Shown: positions 18,989 to 26,800, numbered from the stretch's first letter. The stretch is DNA of 64,000 nt from a virus (IMGVR_UViG_3300027779_000018:1-64000); one strand, 5' to 3'. The notes: a model not told the origin generated them from the letters alone. Program-made: numbers and translations.

Positions 18989-19675
18989 ATGAAGGAGAAC
19001 AACGTGAAATATATATTAACTGGCCTATTAGCTTTAGGCCTATCAACACACGCACTAACAGATCATCTAAGTTTTGATGAGACTAGTTTTAGTGGTGATA
19101 TCAACTATGCATCAGATTACATCTTTAGGGGTGTATCTCAAGCAGGTAAACCAGTCGTATCAGTAAGTGCAGTCGTATCAGACTTGCCCGCTGGTGCATA
19201 TGTCGGAGTATGGAGTAGTGATGTAGACTTCTCTAGAGACGGCGACAGTGAAACCACAAGAGAAGTAGATTTCTTTGGTGGATTCGTAACACAGATAGCA
19301 GACAACCTTACGGTTGACTTAGGATACATAAGATATCAGTACGATGGAATCGTAGACGATATTGAAGAGGTGTATGCAGTAGTCAATTGGGGTAACCTGA
19401 CACTATCGAACTATACAGATACAAACACCCATGACAACTACGCAGAAGTAGGATACTCATTCGGGTGGTTATTTGGTGATGCATTTGATGTATCATTTAT
19501 CTATGGTCTCTATGATGAGGATGACACATTTACTATGTTATCGGCGTCAAAGAATTTTGGTTCATCTGACCAGTGGACATTTGGGGTATTGATTGGTGAA
19601 GATGTGCTTGACGGACAAGCATCTAATTCAATCCATGCAAGTATAAATTATAACTTCGGATTTACGAGGGGGTAA
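18989..19675 (+). CDS. TorF/TIGR02001-family putative outer-membrane porin
   Basis: Signal peptide; SDYIFRGVSQ, GAYVGVWSSDVDF, EVDFFGG, DLGYIRYQY; beta-strand pattern. Confidence 0.8.
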   Translation: MKENNVKYILTGLLALGLSTHALTDHLSFDETSFSGDINYASDYIFRGVSQAGKPVVSVSAVVSDLPAGAYVGVWSSDVDFSRDGDSETTREVDFFGGFVTQIADNLTVDLGYIRYQYDGIVDDIEEVYAVVNWGNLTLSNYTDTNTHDNYAEVGYSFGWLFGDAFDVSFIYGLYDEDDTFTMLSASKNFGSSDQWTFGVLIGEDVLDGQASNSIHASINYNFGFTRG

Positions 19676-19679
19676 CACC

Positions 19680-19892
19680 ATGAGTTGGTGGAATACAGTA
19701 ACAGACTTCTTTGGGTTTGAATGGGTCAGAGCAAGAGACGAGAAAGGTCGTTTCGTTGCAGATGATAAATCAACACCTGATGTAGACGAGTCTAAAAAGA
19801 AGGTCTACAAGAAGAGAGTACCTAGAACAGGGTATGCAAAACCCAAAAAAGCATCATCTAAGAAGGAGATGTTGAAGGGTGACTCTAAGTAG
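19680..19892 (+). CDS. Small basic hypothetical protein
   Basis: RARDEKGRFVADD motif; GAGGGGG RBS. Confidence 0.65.
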   Translation: MSWWNTVTDFFGFEWVRARDEKGRFVADDKSTPDVDESKKKVYKKRVPRTGYAKPKKASSKKEMLKGDSK

Positions 19893-19901
19893 AATCTAGA
19901 A

Positions 19902-19978
19902 TAGTCGGTTCGGGTTCCGACTGCAGTTGTCAGATGATCGATCATTATCAGTAATGACTGTAGTACAAAAACCCACCA
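19902..19978 (+). ncRNA. Candidate pseudoknotted small RNA ending in CCA
   Basis: Stem TAGTCGG/CCGACTG, loop GGGTT complementary to the 3' AACCC, internal stem, ends ACCA 8 nt before tRNA-Ala. Confidence 0.45.
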
Positions 19979-19986
19979 TTTTTTAT

Positions 19987-20062
19987 GGGGCTGTAGCTCA
20001 GTTGGGAGAGCGCTTCCCTTGCACGGAAGAGGTCGTAGGTTCGATCCCTATCAGCTCCACCA
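19987..20062 (+). tRNA. tRNA-Ala(UGC)
   Basis: GGGGCTG acceptor with G3:U70, anticodon arm CTTCC-CTTGCAC-GGAAG, GTTCGATC T-loop, CCA end. Confidence 0.96.
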
Positions 20063-20088
20063 TTATGCTAAACCAAGAGGAAAACATT

Positions 20089-20277
20089 ATGGACGAAATG
20101 ACATTCGTGGACTACAAGTTCTATCTGAATGGTCAAGGTGACATAGCATTTGATGAAGGTCTCGATACCCATCAATTGCGTGTAAGACAAGGTGATCTAC
20201 TCAGAGTGAGTAGAGACGTTGAAGGACGAATATGTCTACAACGGTATGGTCATGTCTCACCACACGAAAATGACTAA
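20089..20277 (+). CDS. Small hypothetical protein
   Basis: GAGG RBS before ATG 20089; the longer track ORF overlaps the tRNA. Confidence 0.6.
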   Translation: MDEMTFVDYKFYLNGQGDIAFDEGLDTHQLRVRQGDLLRVSRDVEGRICLQRYGHVSPHEND

Positions 20278-20359
20278 ATACATTTGAACGAGTAATAACC
20301 TGTCGAGACGATCAAAAGTCCAAAGGTTATGAAAGTACATACATAATAAGGAGATATAA

Positions 20360-20506
20360 ATGCAATATATAGCATCAATGTCTGCCTCGATACATGACAA
20401 TTACGCCATCTTATCCCGCAGACATCTAAAACCCACATGGAAAAAATTCAATAAGTTATTGAAATCTGGCCGGTTCGACAAGGTAGTTAAGACGTTTATC
20501 TTATAA
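20360..20506 (+). CDS. Small basic protein (48 aa)
   Basis: Strong AAGGAG RBS; MQYIASMSASIHDNY...GRFDKVVKTFIL. Confidence 0.6.
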   Translation: MQYIASMSASIHDNYAILSRRHLKPTWKKFNKLLKSGRFDKVVKTFIL

Positions 20507-20606
20507 ACCCCCTTGTCAAAGATGAGTTGGGGTAGTATAATAGACTAATGGTGGAGTACTAAATACCTCTACAAACAACAACTGAATATATTATTAAGGA
20601 ACAAGA

Positions 20607-21518
20607 ATGGCGACTAACATTATAATGCATCAGAAGTCTAACATGACTGCTGAAACAATCAACACCTCATTTGTACGACTCAAGAAACTTAGAGTTCAAA
20701 TGATTCAAGCAGGACACAATGAAGTATCGTTTTTCTGCCTCAAAGATAGAGCGTGTCAAACTGGTGGACTACTGGATTGGATTACCCCAATTCTTTACGA
20801 TGCTGACCCTCTCATTACTGATGAGTCCTATTACCAATTAACGGTCTTAGCCGATCACCCCCAACTTGCAATAGACCATTGTAAGAATATCTTGTGGAAC
20901 CCTGCATTAATTCCCCTAGACCTATGTCAAACTGCTATCCTCGCCAACCTACCATCAAAAGGGGACATCAAGAATATACCCGATAGCGTAGAGTTAGACG
21001 CTGCCACCCTAGTCACCATTAAAGAGAATGCACTACCCTTCATAGAGATGCCGATGAAATGGTGGGACTTTGAAGATGATGATGACATAGACACTGAATT
21101 CAAGGGACAATGGTATTTTGCCTTTGTCAGTGAAGAACTCAAGGACATAAAAACCACCTTCATGGCTGATATCACAAACACTATAGACACCTATAGTGCA
21201 ATAGGTGGTGTTCAAGGATTTATAGAATCCCAATACAAGGGAGTTGTCCTACCCACCAAATGTGGTCAGTTCACCCCTTACTATATCAACAACGAAGAGA
21301 AGAATTTAGAACTTAACGAACAATGGGAAACGAAGATCAGACATTATTTCCCTACTGAGTGGTATCCACCCGATCAGTCAGAAATGGATGCACCCCTGTT
21401 TTCCTATGACCACGAATGGAGAGACGTGTCAAAACAAGTACGATTCTTGTTCATGGATGACAACAACGGTGAACACGATCAGAAATCTGATTTGTATGCA
21501 CGACTATGGTTCCTATAA
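20607..21518 (+). CDS. Hypothetical protein
   Basis: 303-aa ORF, AAGGA RBS; no motif recognised. Confidence 0.7.
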   Translation: MATNIIMHQKSNMTAETINTSFVRLKKLRVQMIQAGHNEVSFFCLKDRACQTGGLLDWITPILYDADPLITDESYYQLTVLADHPQLAIDHCKNILWNPALIPLDLCQTAILANLPSKGDIKNIPDSVELDAATLVTIKENALPFIEMPMKWWDFEDDDDIDTEFKGQWYFAFVSEELKDIKTTFMADITNTIDTYSAIGGVQGFIESQYKGVVLPTKCGQFTPYYINNEEKNLELNEQWETKIRHYFPTEWYPPDQSEMDAPLFSYDHEWRDVSKQVRFLFMDDNNGEHDQKSDLYARLWFL

Positions 21519-22798
21519 CGCCCTTAAAGTTGCGCCTACCCTCGGGCGAAGCGCTCGTTAACGGCGTTATAGGAAATAAGGAACATCTAATTTTCGATCA
21601 ATTCCTCACGGACGAGGAATGCAATCACATTGCTACCATACTCAAACGAGACGAACATAAGATTTTGCGTATACCGAATCACGAGGATACTGGTTACACA
21701 GGAACCACTTCTAAATATTCGGTATACAATCTGTTAAATCATGGTGATATTCGCCCCCTGAAACTACCCGATAGACTATTCAACTTATCCCTATTTTCAC
21801 ATTGCACTGAACTATGGGTGCAATGTTGGGGTAACGTATTGCATCAAGGACAAGAATTGTCCACTCACATGCATAGCTCCGTAGAACAACCATTGAATTT
21901 GTGTGCCACGTCCATATACCTAGAAGGCCCCGAACCTTCTTATACACATTGGGAAGACACTGGCCAGACCCAAAACATTCAGGGACAACTCAACGTGGTC
22001 GGACAACACCACGAACACTCAGTCAAACCCAATATACACACACAACCACGGATTTCTATGGCATTGGATATTCATTGGGAGTATAGTCCTCTCATGATCG
22101 AAAACAACACCAAACGATTCATGCACATTCAGAGAAAGGAGAAGGTACTGTACGAATCAGACTATGAGGGTATGCCCATAATCGTTAAAGAAACTAACGA
22201 CACCACCAAATTATACTTCGGTCACCAGTCGAAAATAGTCCAAACGATAATCTCAAAGAAGAATCCTCTCACACTATGGCACACCTATAGTAAGCAGTTA
22301 TGTGAAGTGACCAAACGAGTGAAAGACCCAAAAAATGCATTGGTACTTGGATTGGGGGGTGGAATCATACCCTCATGGTTACTTGCAAACACTAAGTGTA
22401 AGGTTGATGCGGTTGAGATCATACCCGAACTCGAACACATAGCACAAAAATACTTCCACATGCCCAAGAGTATCAATGTCATTATAGACGATGCATTTAA
22501 ATTCGTGCAGGACACTTCAAACACCTATGATATTATCGTTGTCGATCTATGGGAACCCACAGGGGACTTTATGGAGAAGTTTGATGATGCATTCTATAAT
22601 GGATTAAAACAGATTCTCAGAAACCCTAACGGCTGTATTGCAATCAACACCTTATTTCGTATGGATAGGGAACGCCATGACGAGTACCTACTACGACTTA
22701 AAAAGGAATTCACATCCGTAACAGAATGCCTCAACCCTTACCCCAAGAGCAACAATTGTGTCATCTACTGCAGTAATAACACCATAAATAACACATAA
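21506..22798 (+). CDS. Fusion: 2OG-Fe(II) oxygenase-like + spermidine synthase-like SAM-binding domain
   Basis: N-part WGNV..THMH..HEHSV..PRISMA; C-part LVLGLGGG, DAVEI, IIDDA, YDIIVVD. Confidence 0.78.
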   Translation: MVPITPLKLRLPSGEALVNGVIGNKEHLIFDQFLTDEECNHIATILKRDEHKILRIPNHEDTGYTGTTSKYSVYNLLNHGDIRPLKLPDRLFNLSLFSHCTELWVQCWGNVLHQGQELSTHMHSSVEQPLNLCATSIYLEGPEPSYTHWEDTGQTQNIQGQLNVVGQHHEHSVKPNIHTQPRISMALDIHWEYSPLMIENNTKRFMHIQRKEKVLYESDYEGMPIIVKETNDTTKLYFGHQSKIVQTIISKKNPLTLWHTYSKQLCEVTKRVKDPKNALVLGLGGGIIPSWLLANTKCKVDAVEIIPELEHIAQKYFHMPKSINVIIDDAFKFVQDTSNTYDIIVVDLWEPTGDFMEKFDDAFYNGLKQILRNPNGCIAINTLFRMDRERHDEYLLRLKKEFTSVTECLNPYPKSNNCVIYCSNNTINNT

Positions 22799-22813
22799 AG
22801 GAAACAATTAAAC

Positions 22814-23182
22814 ATGAAATTTGACAGTAACAACCCCAAAGTATTGGTACACTACGAAACGAGCAACCCCTTAGCCTCTGAGATGTTCGAATACCTAACC
22901 GACAAAGTCCCCTTCATGGATGAGGTAGGAGATTCAAACACTTACGGAAGTTGGGTACACCACACGGACGAGCATGGACTCTTTGACATCTACTTCCACC
23001 TGATAGACAATCCTACCCTCACAGAACCATGGTTAGAATTAGGAGAGGCCATCAGCCACAAAACCTATTTCGTAGACACCACAGGAACGCTGGAGAATAT
23101 ACCCACGAATGCGTCCGTCATCGTAGAAACCACACCCGCGGAGCTATGGGAACGAGTCAAACGAGAGTATCTTGAACGGTGA
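22814..23182 (+). CDS. Hypothetical protein
   Basis: AAGGA RBS after CATAAATA. Confidence 0.6.
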   Translation: MKFDSNNPKVLVHYETSNPLASEMFEYLTDKVPFMDEVGDSNTYGSWVHHTDEHGLFDIYFHLIDNPTLTEPWLELGEAISHKTYFVDTTGTLENIPTNASVIVETTPAELWERVKREYLER

Positions 23183-23541
23183 CCTACAACAATAACTACA
23201 CCGAACCCAACATAGACAACGGAATAACGGTCAGTAGAAAGAATTCAGAGGTCATCGGTAATACCTTTACCCCTGATTGGAGTAAAAACACTCACCTTTG
23301 CTATGGGGGTGGAGATCACTTCCATGAGGGAACCACAAGAACAAGACGTAGTACCGTAGAACACTTCAACATCCCCCTAAACTATAAGGAACTCCAACAC
23401 CTTACCACAGGGGATCATTCCACACTTCACCACCAACTCAAAGAACGTCTAGGAATAGACCTACACACGGTGTACGATATCGATAGAGTATGGATAGCTC
23501 CTCATAACACATGGGAACCAATAGGAAAGGGGTCTTATTAA
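23179..23541 (+). CDS. Hypothetical protein
   Basis: GTGA overlap, 120 aa. Confidence 0.5.
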   Translation: MTYNNNYTEPNIDNGITVSRKNSEVIGNTFTPDWSKNTHLCYGGGDHFHEGTTRTRRSTVEHFNIPLNYKELQHLTTGDHSTLHHQLKERLGIDLHTVYDIDRVWIAPHNTWEPIGKGSY

Positions 23542-23759
23542 CCCAACTGAGAGAAGTATCGTCTAATCATATAGACCCGACAATAGGCAACCACGGTCAT
23601 GATTGCCGTCACCGTAGTACCAATGTAAAATGCACTGTCCCATTCGAGGATATTCATGAAGAGAAACAGCAGAGAAAGATTCAGAGGGTAGTTAATTAAC
23701 AACCCAGTACCTACTGCTGTCATTGTTTCTTTGTGTATTTTACGAGACTTCTTAGACAT
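23538..23759 (-). CDS. Small two-TM membrane protein
   Basis: ETMTAVGTGLLINYPL...YCRVYMIRRYF; ATG starts 7 nt after TATACT. Confidence 0.65.
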   Translation of the reverse strand: MSKKSRKIHKETMTAVGTGLLINYPLNLSLLFLFMNILEWDSAFYIGTTVTAIMTVVAYCRVYMIRRYFSQLG

Positions 23760-24031
23760 ACCTATAGTATAACACACTGAGAGGCCTATGTATAGGGGGT
23801 TTTAATATAATTCTGAGAGTCTTATGGTGAGAGTGATTAAAAGTGGGGAGAAGTGTGTCAAAGTGGGGGAATAATAATGGAATGTAAGGGGTGATACTGA
23901 GAGTATTACTTTTTGGGTATCGGTGATGTTGTTAAGGGGTACAAACACGAGATTTAGTCGGGAGTCAAGTCGGAGCGTTGCCTAAATGGTGCCGCTGAGA
24001 CCCTTATCCCATAGGTATCTCAGAGCGCCTG

Positions 24032-24211
24032 CTAGAGGACAGTGCATTTGGTGATGTGAATGCACTTAGTGTCATCTATGTGCAGGGCATTCAGCTCCTC
24101 TTGAGAGATAAACGTAGCGTCTTCCGTCCATTCTTTGTCCGTCCAGTTCTCTAGTGTCTCTCCTAGACGGTGGGTTTGTGCAATCCAGTTGTTATATCCT
24201 TCTAGTGACAT
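24032..24211 (-). CDS. Small early hypothetical protein (59 aa)
   Basis: Read by hand: MSLEGYNNWIAQTHRLGETLENW...; GAGG upstream. Confidence 0.5.
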   Translation of the reverse strand: MSLEGYNNWIAQTHRLGETLENWTDKEWTEDATFISQEELNALHIDDTKCIHITKCTVL

Positions 24212-24369
24212 GATACATAGGCCTCGTCTGAACTCATGGGGGATCGATTGAGTGCAATTTGTATGTTGACCTTCTCTGCGTACTCATGAGCGGCCATCTT
24301 TGTCTTGAATATCTTTGCACATAGGGGTCGGTGAGTGTGTAAGCAGCTGATTCGGTAGTAGAAAAACAT
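24202..24369 (-). CDS. Small early hypothetical protein (55 aa)
   Basis: Read by hand: MFFYYRISCLHTHRPLC...; TAATG overlap with the upstream ORF. Confidence 0.5.
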   Translation of the reverse strand: MFFYYRISCLHTHRPLCAKIFKTKMAAHEYAEKVNIQIALNRSPMSSDEAYVSCH

Positions 24370-24554
24370 TATACACTCTCCATTTTCAGTTTTGTGATTG
24401 CACTTCGTAGTTTTGCTTCCTTACGAGGACTAGCCGGCAGTGATATCCCTCTATTTTGTCCTATTAGAGGGATGCGATCATCCTCTATAGCCCATATCTC
24501 TGAAACCATCTCAGTCCGTTCTTCTTTTGTCATCTCATTCCACTCTTTCATCAT
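24369..24554 (-). CDS. Small early hypothetical protein
   Basis: Directly downstream of the minus-strand sigma70 promoter. Confidence 0.6.
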   Translation of the reverse strand: MMKEWNEMTKEERTEMVSEIWAIEDDRIPLIGQNRGISLPASPRKEAKLRSAITKLKMESV

Positions 24555-24581
24555 CTTTCTCTCATTATTTAATATACAAGT

Positions 24582-24611
24582 ATTATATCAGAAATGTGGG
24601 GTCATTGTCAA
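24582..24611 (-). promoter_or_regulatory. Sigma70-type early promoter (leftward)
   Basis: Reverse complement TTGACAATGACCCCACATTTCTGATATAAT. Confidence 0.85.
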
Positions 24612-24749
24612 CACTTTTCTGCACCTATATTCGTTTTCTTTGCACACTTATCTGCACCACGCAGCGCTTTGAGTTTCCCACGGAGAATGTATGCTTCATT
24701 GTCGGGTCTTTGTTCCTGAAACCCTTACCACCACTGGGTTTCAGAGCGG

Positions 24750-24779
24750 TTGACAATGGGTCACACTTTATGTTATACT
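24750..24779 (+). promoter_or_regulatory. Sigma70-type early promoter (rightward)
   Basis: TTGACAATGGGTCACACTTTATGTTATACT. Confidence 0.85.
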
Positions 24780-24916
24780 ATGTATATAATGGAGATTAAG
24801 CGAATGATATAGAGTGACGGCGGTGCGAGGCAATGTCGATACCTCACTGTATAGACTGCAAGAGTCTGAATTTTTGGAAACACTACTAGTGTCTCTGAGA
24901 TTTCTTTGAGCTAAAG

Positions 24917-24963
24917 TTATCCACAGAGTTATCCACAAAAAGTTATCCACAGAGTTATCCACA
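24917..24963 (+). promoter_or_regulatory. Four tandem consensus DnaA boxes (TTATCCACA)
   Basis: Exact 9-mers at 24917, 24929, 24943 and 24955. Confidence 0.85.
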
Positions 24964-25094
24964 GGCGCCCCTCGGTTGGCGTATCACCTGTGGCCACAGC
25001 TTAAACTGAGTCGGCCTGGTATGAAAATCGAATGAGCGCTCCCTTGATACACCTAGTGTACAGGGTACGTCAAACGGTGTCGCAGAAATAACAC

Positions 25095-25124
25095 TTGACA
25101 ATGCCTCCGATAAACTGTTATACT
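25095..25124 (+). promoter_or_regulatory. Sigma70-type early promoter
   Basis: TTGACA-18bp-TATACT. Confidence 0.82.
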
Positions 25125-25130
25125 ATAGGT

Positions 25131-25364
25131 ATGATAAAGAATCAAGAAAATAAATTGATCGCGACCCACCTTGCCACAGGTCAGTCTGTAGAGATAGACC
25201 TCACTGACAAAGAGATGGTGTATGCAACCTGTAAGGACGTGTGCATCAACGAGTGCTGGGACTTCTTAGACAGCCTAGTGGACAACAGGACAGGGATTAA
25301 GATCATCGATGAATTGCAGATAGACTTCATCGTGGTTAACGGAATTAAAAAGGTTTTCCACTAG
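25131..25364 (+). CDS. Early hypothetical protein (probably leaderless)
   Basis: ATG starts 7 nt after the -10 box; no SD. Confidence 0.6.
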   Translation: MIKNQENKLIATHLATGQSVEIDLTDKEMVYATCKDVCINECWDFLDSLVDNRTGIKIIDELQIDFIVVNGIKKVFH

Positions 25365-25541
25365 ACACACAGACCTCACCATGGTATAATAACTGTATGG
25401 TTTAAAGAAATGAATCAAAGGCAATACTAGAGTGCCTATGAAAGTCTAGTAGGGTGACGGCCGAACGTCATTAAGTTCTGATAGAGCAGAGGGGTTATGA
25501 GAGTGACCCCCCTTTACTGTTAGATAAGGATATGATATAAT

Positions 25542-25739
25542 ATGAAGACAAACGTAATTGGAGCAGAACGGTGGACTACTGTAGATGTATACAGTATACC
25601 AAAGGACTCTACGCGTATGGCAGGAGCATCGATGCTAGAGCGTCGCACTAAGACCCCTGTAAGCCTCTCTGAGGGACTTGCAGTGTGTCAAGAGTACGAG
25701 GGTCAGGGTCATGTCGTAGAGCTCCGTAGAGTGACGTAG
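25542..25739 (+). CDS. Early hypothetical protein
   Basis: AAGGA upstream; 65 aa. Confidence 0.55.
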   Translation: MKTNVIGAERWTTVDVYSIPKDSTRMAGASMLERRTKTPVSLSEGLAVCQEYEGQGHVVELRRVT

Positions 25740-25880
25740 AGAGAGAGCGTCTTAAAACAGTGCTGTGGGACTCCTAGACTCTTTTAGAAGCGACCTAGAC
25801 CCCCACCCTAATTGTATTCAAAGATTATTCTAAGTGATATCAAAAAATTTCTCAGGTAAAAATTATGACTAAAAACAAAA

Positions 25881-26036
25881 ATGAATAATTCAGAGCAATG
25901 GAAAAAGAACTCCGATGAATGGGTCAAGACCATGGAAGCATCAAGAATTAAAAAAGAAGAATACAACAAGTATCGTATCACCACGAAGAACCCATTATCC
26001 TACAGAGATTGGTTGGCCATGGGAGAAATATCATGA
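25881..26036 (+). CDS. Small hypothetical protein (51 aa)
   Basis: Read by hand: MNNSEQWKKNSDEWVKTME...; ATGA overlap with the next gene. Confidence 0.5.
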   Translation: MNNSEQWKKNSDEWVKTMEASRIKKEEYNKYRITTKNPLSYRDWLAMGEIS

Positions 26037-26308
26037 GTCACAGTGCAATGTTTAAAGCAATGAATCGAGAGAAGTCTGCATGGATTCTTAAATGGGTCGC
26101 AAGTGTATGTCTAGTGATAGGAATGAGTGTTCGTGCAAGTGGTATACCCGAACTCGCTATATTTGATTTAACATTTTCCTTCGTGGGTATATGTGGTTGG
26201 TTGACGGTGAGTATTATATGGAATGACCGTGCATTGATATTATTAAATGCAACTGGGTTTCTGATTTTATTGACTGGTTTAATTAAATACTTTTTCGTGG
26301 GAGTCTAA
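26033..26308 (+). CDS. Small three-TM membrane protein (DUF6552-like)
   Basis: WILKWVAS...GWLTVSIIWNDRALILLN. Confidence 0.7.
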   Translation: MSHSAMFKAMNREKSAWILKWVASVCLVIGMSVRASGIPELAIFDLTFSFVGICGWLTVSIIWNDRALILLNATGFLILLTGLIKYFFVGV

Positions 26309-26316
26309 ATAATATC

Positions 26317-26595
26317 ATGATAGATTTTTTATTAAGTATACTGACCTTTCCTTTTTGGTTAGTGTCTACCTTTTTCATTTACGCTTTTGGAATTGTGTTT
26401 TACTATGGCATCTATGTGTTGTGTCGTGTGTACATCTACGAGGCACATTGGGATACCATTAAAGACAAGGTCTTTACAAGAACAGAAATGAAAACCCATA
26501 GGGAGCCCTCTCGTGTCTACACCAAGGCAGAAGATTATAAGACACCAAAGGACTACTCACCGAAACACGATGATATAGAGGATTATATAAATTAA
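26317..26595 (+). CDS. Membrane hypothetical protein
   Basis: Hydrophobic N-terminus. Confidence 0.6.
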   Translation: MIDFLLSILTFPFWLVSTFFIYAFGIVFYYGIYVLCRVYIYEAHWDTIKDKVFTRTEMKTHREPSRVYTKAEDYKTPKDYSPKHDDIEDYIN

Positions 26596-26596
26596 T

Positions 26597-26800
26597 ATGC
26601 AAGACGCAAATATTTTAATACACATAGGATACGTTGTCGCACTCGTGTGGTTTGTATTCCGTAACGGCCGTAAGAGTGGTCGTAAAGAACTTTGTGAGGA
26701 ATTCATGGAGAAGGGACTCATTACAGAAGCTAAACTCATGAAACACTACCCACCACCCCCTGAAATTAAAGACGATTTGAAAAACCCCCCGAAAGAATAG
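26597..26800 (+). CDS. Small membrane hypothetical protein
   Basis: N-terminal TM helix; GAGG RBS. Confidence 0.6.
   Translation: MQDANILIHIGYVVALVWFVFRNGRKSGRKELCEEFMEKGLITEAKLMKHYPPPPEIKDDLKNPPKE

Noticed and set aside
19927-20088. 5' extension of ORF 19927..20277
   Set aside because: It overlaps tRNA-Ala; the credible start is ATG 20089 with its own RBS.
24768-24962. Minus-strand ORF MDNSVDNFLWITLWITL...
   Set aside because: Its repetitive N-terminus is just the translation of the DnaA-box array; no RBS, and it runs against the 24750 promoter.
24917-24963. Possible mini-CRISPR array
   Set aside because: Repeats are 9-11 bp with 1-5 bp gaps; there are no spacer-length unique sequences and no cas operon.
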